47,237 nucleotides of DNA from Acidocella sp. (GTDB lineage Bacteria; Pseudomonadota; Alphaproteobacteria; Acetobacterales; Acetobacteraceae): contig DAOMCN010000002.1 of NCBI GenBank assembly GCA_035427885.1, positions 1 through 47,237 of the forward strand. Reading direction: 5' to 3'. Under the pieces are notes generated by a model. That model saw only the letters and a program-made list of their open reading frames with translations. It did not search any database and was not told the DNA's origin. Position numbers and translations under genes: made by a program. This document shows positions 1 to 9,582 of the stretch, piece after piece. Each line of letters starts with the position of its first letter. Position 1 is the first letter of the stretch.

Positions 1-373
1 ACTTGATGGGATGCACCAGCAGAACCTGGTCACGCTCGATGCCCAGACCGGCAGCGGTGCAGGCGTCCGAGATGTCGCGGCTGGAGACGGAGCCGTACAG
101 CGCGCCGGCATCTGAGGCCTGACGGATCAGGATGATGCTGAGGCCCTGGACGCGCTCGGCCACACGCTCGGCCTCATCACGACGCTTGATGTTTTGCGCT
201 TCCAATTGCGCGCGCTCACGCTCGAAGCGCTCGCGGTTTGCCTTGGTCGCACGCACGGCCTTGGACTGTGGCAGCAGATAGTTGCGCGCATAGCCGGGCT
301 TCACTTTGACGATTTCGCCCATCTGGCCGAGTTTCTCGACGCGCTGGAGCAGAATCAGTTCGATATTTGCCAT
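1..373 (-). CDS. rplI: 50S ribosomal protein L9 (3' end runs off window)
   Basis: Manual translation from ATG 373: [35 protein letters not shown]...[12 protein letters not shown], the L9 signatures; follows rpsR. Confidence 0.97.
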   Translation of the reverse strand, partial: MANIELILLQRVEKLGQMGEIVKVKPGYARNYLLPQSKAVRATKANRERFERERAQLEAQNIKRRDEAERVAERVQGLSIILIRQASDAGALYGSVSSRDISDACTAAGLGIERDQVLLVHPIK

Positions 374-385
374 GTTCTCTGCTCC

Positions 386-661
386 TTAGGTCAGCACGTA
401 GGGGAGCAACGCCAGGAAGCGGGCACGCTTGATGGCTTTCGCCAGTTCGCGCTGCTTCTTGCCGGACACCGCCGTGATGCGCGAAGGCACGATTTTGCCC
501 CGCTCGGAGAGGAAGCGCGACAGCAGACGCACGTCCTTATAGTCGATCACCGGCGCGCCAACGCCAGAGAAGGGGCAGGATTTCTTCCGGCGGAAGAACG
601 GGCGGCGTGCGCCGACGCCGGGGCGGCGTGTGCCTTGGGTCGAATCAAGATCTTCAGACAT
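386..661 (-). CDS. rpsR: 30S ribosomal protein S18
   Basis: [13 protein letters not shown]...[25 protein letters not shown]...[13 protein letters not shown]. Confidence 0.98.
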   Translation of the reverse strand: MSEDLDSTQGTRRPGVGARRPFFRRKKSCPFSGVGAPVIDYKDVRLLSRFLSERGKIVPSRITAVSGKKQRELAKAIKRARFLALLPYVLT

Positions 662-1134
662 CAGATTTCCTCCTCGATGCCGTAATCGTCACGGTCGGCG
701 CGGAACTCGTCGCGCGCACGGAATTCTTCGCGGTCGTCCGCGCCGCGCTTGCGCCCGGTCTCGAAACGGCCAGCGGGCTTGGGCCCACGGAAGCCACGCT
801 CGCGCTCATCGCCCTTGCGTGACAGGATCACCGAGGGTTCCTCGGAGATTTCTTCGATCCGCACGGTCATGAAGCGCAACACGTCCTCGTTGAGGGTGAG
901 CTGGCGTTCCATCTCAACCACGGCGGGGGAAGGTGCGTCGATCCCGAGCAGCATGTAATGGCCCTTGCGGTTCTTCTTGATCCGGTAAGCCAGACCCCGC
1001 AGACCCCAATATTCGCGCTTCTTGACAGCAGCGCCATCGGCTTCGAGCTGAGCAGTCACCGCATCGGCGACGGCCTCGGCCTGCGCCTGGGTAATTTCGC
1101 TCCGTGCAATAACCACGGTTTCATATAACGGCAT
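661..1134 (-). CDS. rpsF: 30S ribosomal protein S6
   Basis: [11 protein letters not shown]...[20 protein letters not shown]; start placed at ATG 1134 behind GAAGGGAG SD. Confidence 0.97.
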   Translation of the reverse strand: MPLYETVVIARSEITQAQAEAVADAVTAQLEADGAAVKKREYWGLRGLAYRIKKNRKGHYMLLGIDAPSPAVVEMERQLTLNEDVLRFMTVRIEEISEEPSVILSRKGDERERGFRGPKPAGRFETGRKRGADDREEFRARDEFRADRDDYGIEEEI

Positions 1135-1137
1135 TTT

Positions 1138-1200
1138 TGCTCCCTTCGGTTTGGTTTCAGCTCCGGTCCGGGTCTGGACCACCCAACATTGGGGCGAGCA
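1138..1200 (-). promoter_or_regulatory. Candidate structured rpsF leader (S6:S18 autoregulatory-type RNA)
   Basis: On minus strand TGCTCGCCCC can pair with the SD-containing GGGAGCA, enclosing two small hairpins (CCCAATGTTGGG; GGTCCAGACCCGGACC). Position matches known rpsF leaders. Confidence 0.45.
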
Positions 1201-1290
1201 TTAGCCGGGCGCGATGCCACGCACCCAGCAGGGGAAAGCGAGCCTTTGGCACACCCCAGCCCTCCACACAAGGGCTTTAACCCCCTTTCC

Positions 1291-3825
1291 TCAAGGAATC
1301 AGCTTGGCTTCCAGCACGTCGTTCTCGCCGGGAATGCGTTCGATAACAAAGCCGAGCCGCTTGATGAAGGCGAGCATTGGCGCGTTGTCGGCTAGGATCT
1401 GTCCGGAGATCTCCTGCACCCCCTGACTCTTGCCCCAGGAGATAATGGCCTTCATCAGCGCCGTCGCCAGTCCAAGCCCCTTGGCCGAAGGTTCCACCGC
1501 GACGGCGAATTCCGCGCTGGTGCCATCGGTATCGTTGCGCACCAGCCGGGCAACGCCGACGGTATCCCCGGTCGCCTCGCGCACGGCGATAATCGCCATT
1601 TCCCGGCCGTAATCCACATCGGTCAACCGGGCGATCTGCTCGCTCGGCATATGGCGGATGGCGGAGAAGAAGCGGTAGCGCATGTCCTCGGAGGTGAAGC
1701 GGCTTAACATGGCGGCGTGCGCGTCGGCGTCCTCGGGGCGGATCGGGCGCAGGACGTAGAACTGGTCCTTGACCGCAAAGCGCGTGGTCAGCTCTTTCGG
1801 ATAGGGCGAGATGACCAGTGGCGGGCGTTTTTCTCCCGGTGGGCGGAGCTGGATGCGCGCGCTCGCCGCGACAACGCCCTCCGGCGTGGCGAAAATCGGG
1901 TCGAGGTCGAGAACCTGGATATCCGGCGTATCGATGATAAGCTGGCTGATTCGCACCAGCGTCGCGGCGATGGCATGTATATTGGCGGCAGCTTGGCCGC
2001 GATGCGCGGTCAGCGCCGGGGCGATGGCGGCGCGCTGGATCAGCGCATGGGCGAGGGAAAGGTTGAGCGGAGGCAGATCGGCGGAGAGGCCGGAGGTATC
2101 CTCCCGGTCGCCGCCCCCCGCGCCGAAGCCGATGATCGGGCCGAGCATGGGATGGTCGCTGACGCGGATACGCAGTTGCGTGCCGCGAGGCGCCTGCTGC
2201 TGGACAACAAATCCGGCGCCGCTGAAGGGCATGTTATGCTGGGCGAGGCGCGCCTGGATGATATGCGCCGCTTCATAAACCGCATTCCTGTCTGGCAGAT
2301 CAAGCGCGACGGAGCCTTCCAGCCGGTTAGCCGGCATGTCCGGGTGATAGAGCTTGACCACGGCGGGGAACCCCAGCGCGTCGGCGGCCTGTGCGGCTTC
2401 CTCGGGCGTGGCGGCGTGGCGGCTGCCGATGGCGGGCACCTGGTAGTCGGCGACGATGGCGAGCGCGTCGTCCTGCACCAGGGTATCGTGTCCCGACGCT
2501 CGCGCGGCGGCGATGCGCGCCGCCACGTCGGCGGCATCCGGTGCGATGCGCAACACCTCGGCATCCGGCAACTCGCGCGCGGCGGCGCGGTTGCGGCGGT
2601 TTTGTAGCAGGTGCCGGAAGCCGCCGATGGCGCTCTCGGGCGTATCGAAACAGGCGAGTCGCGCCTGGTTGAGCCGGTGGCGATGCTCCAGCCCCCGCGC
2701 CTCGCCCATCGCGGTGATCAGCAGCGGCACCTTGACGGTTTTCGCGCAGGCGATCAGCGCCTCGATCGCGGTATCGTCGTCGCGCCCGGTGGGTGCGTGG
2801 ATCACCAATATCCCGCCGACTTCCGGCGCGCTGGAGAGCAGTGCTGCGGCATCGGCCAGGCGGGTTGGCTCCCTGCCCGCGAAAATCGGTCCCGGTGGCG
2901 GCGTCACACCCAGGGTGAGCGCGAGTACCTGCGATGTCTCGGGCGAGAGTTCGGTGAGTTTGAGGCCGATGCTCAGCGCGAAATCGCCCGCCAGCCGGCC
3001 GATCGCCACCGAATTAGTGATGATGGCGAGGCTCTCGCTGCGTGCCGGTTTGACCCGTGTGAGGGTCTCCGCCGCTGCAAGAAACTCGCTGATCGAGCCG
3101 GTGAGCAACACCCCTGCGCGCGAAAATGCGGCTTCGAGTGCCGCGTAGGAGCCGCCCAGCGCGTCGCGTACCCGCGCCCCGGGCGCAACCGCGACAACCG
3201 GACGCAGCCTTGCCGCCGCGCGCGCCGCCGAGAGAAAGATTTTGGGATCACGCAGCCGGTCGATCTCGACCATGATGGAGGCGGTGCCCGGGTCGCGCGA
3301 GAGATGGTCCAGCACCATGCCAAAGCCGATATCGGTATTGCCGCCGATGCCGATGAGATGGCTGAAGCCGACACCGTTTGGCACTGCCCAGTCGATGACG
3401 GTGCGCGCAATGGAGGAGGATTGGCCGACCAGGGCGACACGCCCGCGTGCCGGGATGCTGTTGAAGGCGGAAGCGTTGAGGCCGATTCCAGGCAGCACGA
3501 AGCCGAAGGAATGTGGCCCGAGCACGCGGATTTTGGCGGCTTTCGCCAATCCCGCCAGCCCTTGCGTGTCCGAGAGGACAAACGCCCCGCGTGCGCCCTG
3601 TTCGGCATGGCGCGCCAGGGCGGCGGGGATGTCGGCGGTATTATCGGCGATAATAGCGAGATCGGCGCTTTGCATCTCGTCGGCTTCGATGGCGATCGTC
3701 CCGGCAAAATTCGCCGCCCTTAAATTGGCCAGGACGTGCTGGCCCAGCGCCGTCGTGCTCCCGCTCAGGCTCACCGATGTCGGGTGGAAAACGCGATCGG
3801 GATCGAAACGGAATTGTCTTTTCAT
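1291..3825 (-). CDS. Pat/YfiQ-type protein lysine acetyltransferase (NDP-forming acyl-CoA synthetase-like domains + C-terminal GNAT)
   Basis: RVLGPHSFG, GVGFSHLIGIGGNTD, GFPAVVK, LDLDPI; GNAT part LRPIRPEDA...YRFF...DYGREMA...AEFAVAV...KGLGLATALM...DNAPMLAFIKRLGF. Catalytic SHTG motif absent. Confidence 0.88.
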   Translation of the reverse strand: MKRQFRFDPDRVFHPTSVSLSGSTTALGQHVLANLRAANFAGTIAIEADEMQSADLAIIADNTADIPAALARHAEQGARGAFVLSDTQGLAGLAKAAKIRVLGPHSFGFVLPGIGLNASAFNSIPARGRVALVGQSSSIARTVIDWAVPNGVGFSHLIGIGGNTDIGFGMVLDHLSRDPGTASIMVEIDRLRDPKIFLSAARAAARLRPVVAVAPGARVRDALGGSYAALEAAFSRAGVLLTGSISEFLAAAETLTRVKPARSESLAIITNSVAIGRLAGDFALSIGLKLTELSPETSQVLALTLGVTPPPGPIFAGREPTRLADAAALLSSAPEVGGILVIHAPTGRDDDTAIEALIACAKTVKVPLLITAMGEARGLEHRHRLNQARLACFDTPESAIGGFRHLLQNRRNRAAARELPDAEVLRIAPDAADVAARIAAARASGHDTLVQDDALAIVADYQVPAIGSRHAATPEEAAQAADALGFPAVVKLYHPDMPANRLEGSVALDLPDRNAVYEAAHIIQARLAQHNMPFSGAGFVVQQQAPRGTQLRIRVSDHPMLGPIIGFGAGGGDREDTSGLSADLPPLNLSLAHALIQRAAIAPALTAHRGQAAANIHAIAATLVRISQLIIDTPDIQVLDLDPIFATPEGVVAASARIQLRPPGEKRPPLVISPYPKELTTRFAVKDQFYVLRPIRPEDADAHAAMLSRFTSEDMRYRFFSAIRHMPSEQIARLTDVDYGREMAIIAVREATGDTVGVARLVRNDTDGTSAEFAVAVEPSAKGLGLATALMKAIISWGKSQGVQEISGQILADNAPMLAFIKRLGFVIERIPGENDVLEAKLIP

Positions 3826-3826
3826 A

Positions 3827-5365
3827 TTACACCAGAAGTTCGATTAAAAACGGACCGGGGCGCGCCACGCTCGCCGCCAGCAGGACGTTGAGCTCATCGA
3901 GCGATCCCGCCCGCGCGGCGGGCACGCCCATGCCCCCGGCAAGCTGGCACCAATCCAGCGCGGGATTGGTGAGGTCCATCATATCGAGCGCGGTACGTCC
4001 CGGATCGGCCCCGACCCCGGCGAGTTCGCCGAGCAGGATCGCGTATTTCCGGTTGGCGAGGATAATGGTGGTGATATCGAGTCGTTCGCGCGCCTGGGTC
4101 CAAAGGCCCGCGAGGCTATACATGGCCGAGCCATCCGCCTGTAGCGCGATGACCCGGCGCCCCGGCGCGCCGATCGCCGCCCCCACGGCAAGCGGGATGC
4201 CCTCGCCGATCGCGCCGCCGACCAGCATCAACCAGTCGTGCGGCGGCGCGGCATGGGTGCCGGGAAAGAAGCCCCGGCCATAGGAGATGGCCTCGTCGAT
4301 GATAATAGCCTCCTCGGGCATCAACGCCGCGAGGGATTGCGCGACCCCCTCGGGCGTGATGGCGCCTTGCGGCGCGTCGGGACGCGGGCCGGGATCGGCC
4401 GGGGGCAGGTCCGGTGCGCCCAGACTTTGCGCCAGCGCCGCCAGTGCTGTCGTCGGGTCCTGCTCGGGGGTGCTGAGAACAAATATCTCGCATCCCTCCG
4501 GGGTGAGAACGCCAGGCTTGCCAGGATAGGCGAAGAATGAAACCGGCGCAGTCGCATTGATCAGGATGACCTGTTCGATCTCGGTGAAGGCCGCAAAACC
4601 CTGGTCGATCGGATAGGGGATACGCTCCGCCTGAACCCGCCCCCGGCCCCGCGCCAGCCGGGCGGGCGAGCGCTCCAGCCGCAGCTTTGCCCCGCAATGT
4701 TGGGCGATGTTCCAGGCGACGCGCATCGGCACCTCGCTCAGCGCCCCGCCGCCGAGCAGGAGCACGGTCGGCCTGCCATTGCGCAACAATGCGGCGGCGG
4801 CCTCGATGGCGGTTTGCGCGGCGCTCTCGGGTGCGACCGGGGCGCTTGCCTGGGCGATGAAGCCGCCTTCCTCCCAGGCGGTATCGGCGGGGAGGATCAG
4901 CGTTGCCACCTGTCCGGGAAATCGCCTGGCCGCGGCAACCGTGGCGGCGGCATCCGCGCCGACGCTCGCGGCCGACTCGGCGCGGCGGACAAACGCGCTG
5001 ACCGGGCGGGCGATGCCCTCGACATCAGAGGTCAACGGCGCGTCGAGTGGGCGATGATACGTCGCCTGATCGCCGACAATATTGACAACGCCCGAGTGCG
5101 CCCGCCGGGCGTTGTGCAGGTTGGCGACGCTATTGGCCAGACCCGGCCCGCAATGCAACAGCGTCGCGGCGGGTTTGCCGGTCATCCGGTAATAGGCGTC
5201 CGCCGCCCCGGTGACGACGGTCTCATCCAGACAGAGCACGCAGCGCATACCGCGAATGCGGTCCAGCGCCGCGACAAAATGCATCTCGCTGGTGCCGGGA
5301 TTAGCGAAAACCGTATCGATTCCCGCTTGCAGCAGTGTGTGTACCAGACTTTCGGCGCCGTTCAT
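3827..5365 (-). CDS. ThDP-dependent acetolactate-synthase-large-subunit-like enzyme
   Basis: MNGAESLV...FANPGTSEMH, GAADAYYR, HCGPGLAN, ThDP motif ADGSAMY...N. Substrate unknown. Confidence 0.88.
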   Translation of the reverse strand: MNGAESLVHTLLQAGIDTVFANPGTSEMHFVAALDRIRGMRCVLCLDETVVTGAADAYYRMTGKPAATLLHCGPGLANSVANLHNARRAHSGVVNIVGDQATYHRPLDAPLTSDVEGIARPVSAFVRRAESAASVGADAAATVAAARRFPGQVATLILPADTAWEEGGFIAQASAPVAPESAAQTAIEAAAALLRNGRPTVLLLGGGALSEVPMRVAWNIAQHCGAKLRLERSPARLARGRGRVQAERIPYPIDQGFAAFTEIEQVILINATAPVSFFAYPGKPGVLTPEGCEIFVLSTPEQDPTTALAALAQSLGAPDLPPADPGPRPDAPQGAITPEGVAQSLAALMPEEAIIIDEAISYGRGFFPGTHAAPPHDWLMLVGGAIGEGIPLAVGAAIGAPGRRVIALQADGSAMYSLAGLWTQARERLDITTIILANRKYAILLGELAGVGADPGRTALDMMDLTNPALDWCQLAGGMGVPAARAGSLDELNVLLAASVARPGPFLIELLV

Positions 5366-5431
5366 GGTCGGTCATCTCCCAGGGAAACTCTGCCCTGCGC
5401 CTTATACACCCGTTCTCCACGACGCGACGCA

Positions 5432-5445
5432 ATGACGTAGCTCAA
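5432..5445 (-). promoter_or_regulatory. Weak FNR/FixK-like box upstream of ThDP enzyme-pat operon
   Basis: TTGAGCTACGTCAT (minus), 7/10 to TTGAT-N4-ATCAA; centre ~73 bp before start codon. Confidence 0.3.
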
Positions 5446-5468
5446 GCTTTGCTTTAGGAGTGGAGCGC

Positions 5469-6953
5469 ATGAACTCCGTTGATACGCCCCTTCTCGGTCT
5501 TTCCCAACGCCTGCCGCCCAGCAACGTGCAGGCCGAACAGGCGCTGCTCGGCGCGCTTCTGGCCAATAACAAGGCCTACGAGCGCGTTTCTGAATTTCTC
5601 ACTGCCGAACATTTCGCCAACCCAGTGCATGGCCGGATCTTTGAGGCTATCCGCCGCCGCTGCGAGGCCGGGCAGATTGCCGACCCGGTGACCTTGCGCG
5701 GCGAGTTCGAACATACCGGCGTGCTGGCCGAGGTCGGCGGCACGGCCTATCTCGCCCAGTTGCTCTCGGCGATGGTCGGCATCATCAACGCCGGGGACTA
5801 CGGGCGCGTGGTCCGCGACGCCTGGCTGCGCCGCCAGTTGATCGATATCGGCGAGACGGTGGTGAACCGCGCCTTTGGTGCCGAGCCCGAGTTGGACGGC
5901 GCCTCGCAGATCGAGGCGGCGGAGCAGACGCTCTTCAACCTCGCCACGGCGGGCGGCTCGGAAGGCAAGGGACTGACCTTCCGCCAGGCGCTGACCGAGG
6001 CGATCGACATCGCCTCTAAGGCGTTCCAGAACCAAGGCTCCGTCTCCGGCCTGGACACCGGTCTGCGCGACCTGAACAAGCGCACCGGCGGAATGCATCC
6101 CTCGGATCTGATCATCCTCGCCGGCCGCCCCGGCATGGGCAAAACCGCGCTGGTAACAAAAATTGCCTTCGGCGCCGGCAAGGCGCTGCTGGCCAACGCC
6201 CGGATCGACAACCCCAACGCAATGGCCAAGCAATGCGTCGCCATTTTCTCGCTGGAAATGAGCGCCGACCAGCTCGCCACCCGTCTGCTTGCCGAGGAGG
6301 CGCGGGTCTCCGCCGACAAAATCCGGCGTGGCGAGATCAGCTCACGCGATTTTGATAATTTCGTTAAAGTAAGCCGCGAGATTGCCGATATCCCGCTCAT
6401 CATCGACGACACCCCCGCGATCACCCTCTCCGCTTTGCGCACCCGCTGCCGCCGCCTGCAACGCACCAACGGCCTTGGCCTGGTGATCGTCGATTATTTG
6501 CAGCTGATGCGCCCCGCCGCGGGCACAAGGCCCGAGAGCCGCGTGCTGGAAATCAGCCAGATCACCCAGGGGCTGAAAGCGATCGCCAAGGAGCTGGCTG
6601 TGCCGGTAATCGCGCTCTCCCAGCTCTCCCGTTCGGTGGAAAGCCGCGACGACAAACGCCCCCAGCTCTCCGATTTGCGTGAATCCGGCTCAATCGAGCA
6701 AGACGCGGACATGGTCATGTTCATCTACCGCGATGAATATTATCTCCAGCAGAAAGAGCCGAAAATCGTCGCCTTCGAGCGTGAGGACAAGTATCACGAG
6801 GCGATGGAGAAGTGGAAAGCGGACATGCAGACCGTCTACCAGAAGGCGGAGCTGATCCTGGCCAAGCAACGCCACGGCCCGACCGGCAAGATCGATCTGT
6901 TCTTCGAGGGCGAATTCACCCGCTTCGCCGATCTCGACACCGTGCATGACTGA
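5469..6953 (+). CDS. dnaB: Replicative DNA helicase
   Basis: PPSNVQAEQALLG, Walker A AGRPGMGKT, FSLEMS, IVDYLQL, SQLSR, DLRESGSIEQDAD, KQRHGPTG. No intein. Confidence 0.98.
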   Translation: MNSVDTPLLGLSQRLPPSNVQAEQALLGALLANNKAYERVSEFLTAEHFANPVHGRIFEAIRRRCEAGQIADPVTLRGEFEHTGVLAEVGGTAYLAQLLSAMVGIINAGDYGRVVRDAWLRRQLIDIGETVVNRAFGAEPELDGASQIEAAEQTLFNLATAGGSEGKGLTFRQALTEAIDIASKAFQNQGSVSGLDTGLRDLNKRTGGMHPSDLIILAGRPGMGKTALVTKIAFGAGKALLANARIDNPNAMAKQCVAIFSLEMSADQLATRLLAEEARVSADKIRRGEISSRDFDNFVKVSREIADIPLIIDDTPAITLSALRTRCRRLQRTNGLGLVIVDYLQLMRPAAGTRPESRVLEISQITQGLKAIAKELAVPVIALSQLSRSVESRDDKRPQLSDLRESGSIEQDADMVMFIYRDEYYLQQKEPKIVAFEREDKYHEAMEKWKADMQTVYQKAELILAKQRHGPTGKIDLFFEGEFTRFADLDTVHD

Positions 6954-6962
6954 GCCGAAGTT

Positions 6963-8033
6963 TTGAGCGCCACGCTGGAAATCGACCTTGAAGCCATCGT
7001 CGAAAACTGGCGCGCGCTGGCGGCGCGCCACAGCGCCGCAACGGCAGGGGTGATCAAGGCGGACGCCTACGGTCTGGGTGCCGCCCAGGTCGCGCCAAAA
7101 CTCCTCGCCGCCGGATGCGAGCATTTTTTCACCGCCCATCTGCATGAGGCGCTGGCCGTGCGCCCCTTACTGCCGGGTGTCCTGCTGGCGGCGCTGAACG
7201 GGATCGAGTCCGGCGAGGCCGCTGAATTCTCGGGGCAAAATATTACCCCAGTGGTTGGTTCCCTGCACGAGATCGCGCTTTGGCGCGCGGAGGCGGCGCG
7301 GCTCGGGCGCGTATTGCCCGCCATTGTGCATATCGACACCGGCATGGCCCGGCTCGGGCTTTCCGCGCCCGAGTTGGCGGCCTTGCGCGAGGATGCGGCG
7401 CTGCTCGCGGGCCTGCGCGTGGATTATGTAATGACCCATCTGGTCAGCGCGGACACACCCGAGAGCGCCTTAAACCCCCGCCAGGCAGGGGCGTTTTTCG
7501 TCGCGGCCCGGCAGTTTCCAGGCGCAAAGACCAGCTTCGCCAACTCCTCCGGCCTGTTCCTGGGCCCTGCCTTCTGCTCGGACCTAGCCCGCCCCGGCGC
7601 CGCGCTCTACGGCCTGAACCCGACGCCTGGGCGCGAAAATCCAATGCGCCGCGTGGTCCGCCTGACCGCCCCGATCCTGCAAATCCACGAAGTCCCGCCC
7701 GGTGGCACGGTAGGCTATGGCGGCTCCTGGACGGCGGCGCGTTTAAGCCGGATCGCCACGCTTGGCGTTGGTTACGCGGACGGCTACCACCGCACCCTCT
7801 CCAACCGCGCGACGGCACGCTTTGACGGCATACCCGTCCCCCTGGTAGGCCGCGTGTCCATGGACCTCACCACCTTCGATGTGACCGATATACCCGCCGG
7901 ACCGGGCGACCAGCTGGAGCTGATCGGCCCCAGCCACGACGCCGACGCGCTGGGTATCGAAGCAGGTACCAACGGCTATGAGATCCTGACCTCTCTGGGG
8001 CGGCGCTACCGCCGGCGGTACATCGGCGTATGA
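6963..8033 (+). CDS. alr: Alanine racemase
   Basis: VIKADAYGLG PLP-Lys motif, HIDTGMARLG, ARPGAALYG, GYADG, GRVSMD. TTG start uncertain. Confidence 0.96.
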   Translation: MSATLEIDLEAIVENWRALAARHSAATAGVIKADAYGLGAAQVAPKLLAAGCEHFFTAHLHEALAVRPLLPGVLLAALNGIESGEAAEFSGQNITPVVGSLHEIALWRAEAARLGRVLPAIVHIDTGMARLGLSAPELAALREDAALLAGLRVDYVMTHLVSADTPESALNPRQAGAFFVAARQFPGAKTSFANSSGLFLGPAFCSDLARPGAALYGLNPTPGRENPMRRVVRLTAPILQIHEVPPGGTVGYGGSWTAARLSRIATLGVGYADGYHRTLSNRATARFDGIPVPLVGRVSMDLTTFDVTDIPAGPGDQLELIGPSHDADALGIEAGTNGYEILTSLGRRYRRRYIGV

Positions 8034-8815
8034 ATTTTCTGCTTAATCTGGTTGCGTCCCTCGGGGCGGTGGTGCTGGGCGCGATTGGGCTGATCGGCGA
8101 GCTGGCGATTTTCGCCTTTGTCGGCCTTTCACATATTTTCCGCCCGCCGTTCTACCCGCGCCTGATCCTGCGCAGCTTCATGGAAATCGGCTACTTCTCT
8201 CTCCCCGTGGTGGCGCTGACCGCGCTGTTCACCGGCATGGTCCTGGCGCTGCAATCTTATACCGGCTTCTCTCGGTTCAATGCTGAGAGTGCGATTGCCA
8301 GCATCGTCGTCCTCTCGGTGACGCGCGAGCTGGGTCCGGTGCTGGCGGGGCTGATGGTCTCGGGCCGCGCCGGTGCCGCGATGGCCGCCGAGCTGGGCAC
8401 CATGCGCGTCACTGACCAGATCGACGCGCTGACCACCCTTTCGACCGACCCGATGAAATACCTCGTCGCTCCCCGTCTGCTGGCGGGCATCATCGCTTTG
8501 CCATTGCTCGTCGGCCTTGCCGACATCCTCGGCGTGATGGGCGGGTTCCTTGTCTCGACGCAAAAGCTGGGCTTCACCCCGGGGACCTATCTGGTCAGTA
8601 CCTTTTCGCACCTGAAAGCGGAGGACGTGATCTCGGGTCTGATTAAGGCCGCCGTGTTCGGCTTCATCATCGCGCTCATGGGCAGCTTCAACGGCTATCG
8701 CTCCAAGGGCGGCGCGCAGGGCGTAGGTGCTGCGACAACCTCCGCTGTGGTTTCCGCCTCGATCCTGATCCTGGCGATGGATTACGTCCTCACCCAGGTA
8801 TTATTCGTCAAATGA
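8030..8815 (+). CDS. mlaE: MlaE-family ABC permease
   Basis: RELGPVLAGLMVSGRAGAAMAAELGTMRVTDQIDAL. Confidence 0.94.
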   Translation: MNFLLNLVASLGAVVLGAIGLIGELAIFAFVGLSHIFRPPFYPRLILRSFMEIGYFSLPVVALTALFTGMVLALQSYTGFSRFNAESAIASIVVLSVTRELGPVLAGLMVSGRAGAAMAAELGTMRVTDQIDALTTLSTDPMKYLVAPRLLAGIIALPLLVGLADILGVMGGFLVSTQKLGFTPGTYLVSTFSHLKAEDVISGLIKAAVFGFIIALMGSFNGYRSKGGAQGVGAATTSAVVSASILILAMDYVLTQVLFVK

Positions 8816-9582
8816 GCCAGCCCAAAATTCGCATCCGTGGCCTGAAAAAAGCCTTCGGGTCAAAAGTCGTGCTGGACGGGATCGACCTCGACATCATGCC
8901 CGGCACCGGCCTGGTCGTGATTGGCGGTTCGGGCACGGGCAAATCCGTGCTGATCAAATCCATCCTCGGTCTGGTAACGCCCGACTCCGGCTTAATCGAG
9001 ATCGATGGCGAGGACGTCCTGAAGGCCTCGCCATCGCGGGCAAAGGAGCTGCGCGGCCAGATCGGCATGCTGTTCCAGAACGGCGCCCTGTTCGACAGCC
9101 TGACCGTATGGGAAAATGTCGCCTTCGGCCTACTGGCGGAAAAGAAGATCAAGCGCAGCGCCGCCCGAGGCAAGGCGATCGAAGTCCTGGCCCAGGTTGG
9201 GCTAGATGCCGGGGTCGCGGATCTGGCGCCCTCGGAGCTATCCGGTGGGATGCAAAAGCGCGTCGCCCTGGCGCGCGCGATCGCCTCCGAACCGGCGATC
9301 ATGTTCTTCGACGAGCCAACAACCGGGTTGGACCCGATCATGGGCGCGGTAATCGACGAGTTGATCGTTGATTGTATCAAGCGCCTGGGCAGCACCTCGA
9401 TTGCGATCACCCACGACATGGCCAGCGCCCAGCGCATCGCCGACACCGCGGCGATGCTGTTCGAAGGCCGCGTCTCCTGGAGCGGCCCGGCCGCCTCGCT
9501 GCTGACCGCGACGGACCCGGTCGTGGACCAGTTCACCCACGGCCGCGCCCACGGCCCGATTAAGATGGCGCTGCGGCGCTAG
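8812..9582 (+). CDS. mlaF: MlaF-family ABC ATPase
   Basis: GGSGTGKS, FQNGALFDSL, LSGGMQKRVALARA, FFDEPTTGLDPI. Confidence 0.93.
   Translation: MSQPKIRIRGLKKAFGSKVVLDGIDLDIMPGTGLVVIGGSGTGKSVLIKSILGLVTPDSGLIEIDGEDVLKASPSRAKELRGQIGMLFQNGALFDSLTVWENVAFGLLAEKKIKRSAARGKAIEVLAQVGLDAGVADLAPSELSGGMQKRVALARAIASEPAIMFFDEPTTGLDPIMGAVIDELIVDCIKRLGSTSIAITHDMASAQRIADTAAMLFEGRVSWSGPAASLLTATDPVVDQFTHGRAHGPIKMALRR

Noticed and set aside
661-800. Long charged C-terminal tail of S6 and single-Cys S18
   Set aside because: Typical of alphaproteobacterial S6 and S18.
8030-9582. mlaEF without mlaD
   Set aside because: Split mla loci are common in this group.
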